Source of the DNA: Octopus sinensis
Lineage: Eukaryota
Length of the DNA stretch: 41,175 bases
Assembly (NCBI RefSeq): GCF_006345805.1
Contig: NW_021835292.1
Location: forward strand, 1 to 41,175
Direction: 5' to 3'
A program made the position numbers and the translations under genes. Positions 38,440 to 41,175 of this stretch are shown here, one piece after another (within the stretch, counting starts at the first letter, position 1; each line of letters opens with the position of its first letter). Under the pieces are notes generated by a model that saw only the letters and a program-made list of their open reading frames with translations, was not told the DNA's origin and did no database searches.

Positions 38440-38625
38440 CGGTTTTCGATGGAAGGGAGTCCCAATGCAAATATTTTATTCATTTTTCCAGTGACTTTTC
38501 GTCACTGATCTTGAAAAAAAGCCTATTTATTGACTACTTTACATATATTGTTTGTGTCTTTATGTGTTTTGTGTGTGTGTATAATATATATTTAAATATA
38601 CATACATATATAATATATATATATA

Positions 38626-38671
<46 letters not shown>

Positions 38672-39022
38672 TATATATATAAATGTACATACATACACTG
38701 CATATATATATAATAATGTTATCATTTTATCTATGTTTTACTTATAGCTATAATCAATTTCCCTTCCAAATTTTCTTCTGGAAATGTTTATAATTATTCA
38801 TCAAAATCTCCAACTTAGAGTAATAAAATTTAGCTAATTATTTTATTTTATTTATCTTATTTAATTACTAAATTGTAGCAAGATTTTTCTGTTGGTGGCT
38901 TATGTTGAAGTTTCTTATTCATTTATTGGTGTTTTTACGGTGTCTAATTTCCTGCCTATTTCCCAATTTCCTATATTATACATACATACTTACATACATA
39001 CACCAATATATTTATATGCATG

Positions 39023-39065
<43 letters not shown>

Positions 39066-39211
39066 GCATGTATGTATATATTTATACAAATACATACATA
39101 TATATACACATACATACATATATATATATCATAATATATGCATGTATTATATTTTATAAATGTATATGTACATGTAATACGTTATTTTTGTATTTCATGT
39201 ATTATATAGCA

Positions 39212-39320
39212 TTTTATTCTTTTACTTGTTTCAGTCATGTGACTGCGGCAAGGCTGAAGCACTGCTTTAAGAAGTTTTAGTGGAACAAATCGACCCAGGA
39301 CTAATTCTTTGTAAGCCTAG
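39212..39320 (-). mobile_element. 3' tail fragment of the composite SINE
   Basis: TTTTATTCTTTTACTTGTTTCAGTCATGTGACTGCGGC...AAATCGACCCAGGACT...TGTAAGCCTAG matches 31905-32000. Confidence 0.75.
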
Positions 39321-40767
39321 GGATATAACTTTCGCAAGCCAGGAGGTAGGCGAAACTGACATTTCAGAGTTATTTCCTTTGAAACCAAAATACTTTTACA
39401 TTGATGGGATTTAAAAGCTTGTAAATAGATTGAAGGAAGTCATAGATAATCAGGGAAAGTACATTGATGATTAAATTTCAATTAAATATAACATTTGATC
39501 ACTTGTTTTCTTTATTCAAAATTCGGACACAACTTATGGGATGACCTGATAAAATACAATTATTATTTATTGCAAATTGTTTCGTGCGTCATGTAATAGT
39601 TACTTAAAACACTGTAGAAGCCATCCTAACTCTCAAAAGTTAGTCTTGAACAACCCTTAGTTCAAATCCTTCAACCATTTGTCTGATCAGCCTCACGGCG
39701 GGAAGCGGATTTGTCAACTACACGGCCACACCTTGCTGTAATGATTTATGGAATGCGCCCGCAAATCAAAACAATTCAATGAAAAATATTCTGATTAAAA
39801 CAACACAGTTTTGATTGTTATTGTTTAGCTCCCAATCAAACTTATTTGATGAGTCTTATAAACAAAGACAATCTTAGTTAATGACCTACACGTATTCATT
39901 TAGAATCATATCTACAAATATACAACCCAACATTTTCTTTTCTTATTTAAGACGGTTGGATCTGATTTGAATGAGATTTTGCTACTATTTTTAACAGATC
40001 TCCATTGACCATATTCAAACTTCCATTGTTGAATCTTCTGGTTATGCGAATTTATTAGTGCCTTCGGCAAATTCCGCTGCATGTTAACTGGAAAAATAAA
40101 TTTAAAAACTTCGAGATGCTTAATGGATTATTTGGAGCCCCATAGAAGATTTCAGTTTTCACATGATTCACCGAAGACTGTCGAAGGCAATACAATCTTG
40201 AGAGAAGCCACACAATCTCGCAGCTTCTTTTTCACTTTCACAAGTATCTATTTTATCTATTTAACTGTAAAACTTCGTACAATATGTGAGTGAATGAAGT
40301 GATTCACCTGAGAATCAAAACTTCTGTCAACCACGTACTACCTAGGATTAAAACAGCTCTTTCACGTTTGAATCATATTCCACGTTGCATGTAATAACTA
40401 TTTCTTAACACTGGATAAAATGTTGTACCAAACTCTATTCAGCAATGGACGTAATCTGAAAGCAGCGGGTTATTGTCTAGAACTTGTTCTGAATAAAATG
40501 TCGGAAAAATAACGAAGAAACATTTCCGTGTATATGAGAGATTTATACATGCGCAGATACATGCGTGTGTCCATATTTACATAACTATCGATAATAGCAT
40601 GCGAATATGCATAAATTCATGAATATTCGTAAATATATATTTGCATGTAAATGAATTATGTATGCACATAAAATAATATAAAGACATGAAATGCTGACAT
40701 CTATATCAAGAGAAACCGACATTCGAACACACATATAAGCACAAACACACACACACACACACACATC

Positions 40768-40807
<40 letters not shown>

Positions 40808-41175
40808 GTGTGTGTGTGGTGTGTGTGGATAGGTATATAGATACTCATACGTACAAATATACATGTTATGATAGGTTCACATGCTACACTTAATAACAGA
40901 TTTGCACAAAAGCTTAGAAACGCCGGGATTCTCCAACAGAATACAGAAGCGAACTGATTCCTGCATATATATGTCCAGGGTTAACATAGGTAATTATACC
41001 GGTAGTGTAACGGATACTTCTATCCCTTAGACGGTATTCCAACCTCTGACACTACTAACCTATATATATATATATCACCGTGACCGACCAGGCTATCAGA
41101 TGTTGCTACACATCGCTGTTCACAATATGCTTCGCATTGTTTTAGCCTCAAAACGACGCCCACCCCTCTGGCTAA

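Noticed and set aside
39742-39751. TGATTTATGG Pbx/Hox consensus site
   Set aside because: A single AT-rich 10-mer can occur by chance in 41 kb, and there is no conservation data.

Overview
AT-rich, microsatellite-saturated animal DNA. The SINE and repeat content looks cephalopod (Octopus-like), which is an inference rather than a database match. I see no convincing host gene, rRNA, tRNA gene or CRISPR, and almost all ORF-track entries are translations of simple repeats. The main feature is a full-length ~6.2 kb Tx1/L1-clade LINE on the minus strand (4924-11080): ORF1 with a zinc knuckle, and ORF2 with APE, RT and a C-terminal CCHC motif. It sits inside a (GATA)n array, and two further 5'-truncated copies also end in (GATA)n, suggesting a (GATA/TATC)n-targeting retrotransposon. 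A parallel cluster of minus-strand elements sits in (TAA)n arrays: an R4/Dong-like RLE 3' end and two ~555-bp unit-length elements. Also present are three hammerhead-ribozyme motifs with a complete core (33462-33508 +, 38381-38439 -, 3721-3754 -), an RTE-like 3' end with three C2H2 fingers, a 264-bp palindrome, and at least four tRNA-headed SINE families, one of which carries an internal microsatellite.
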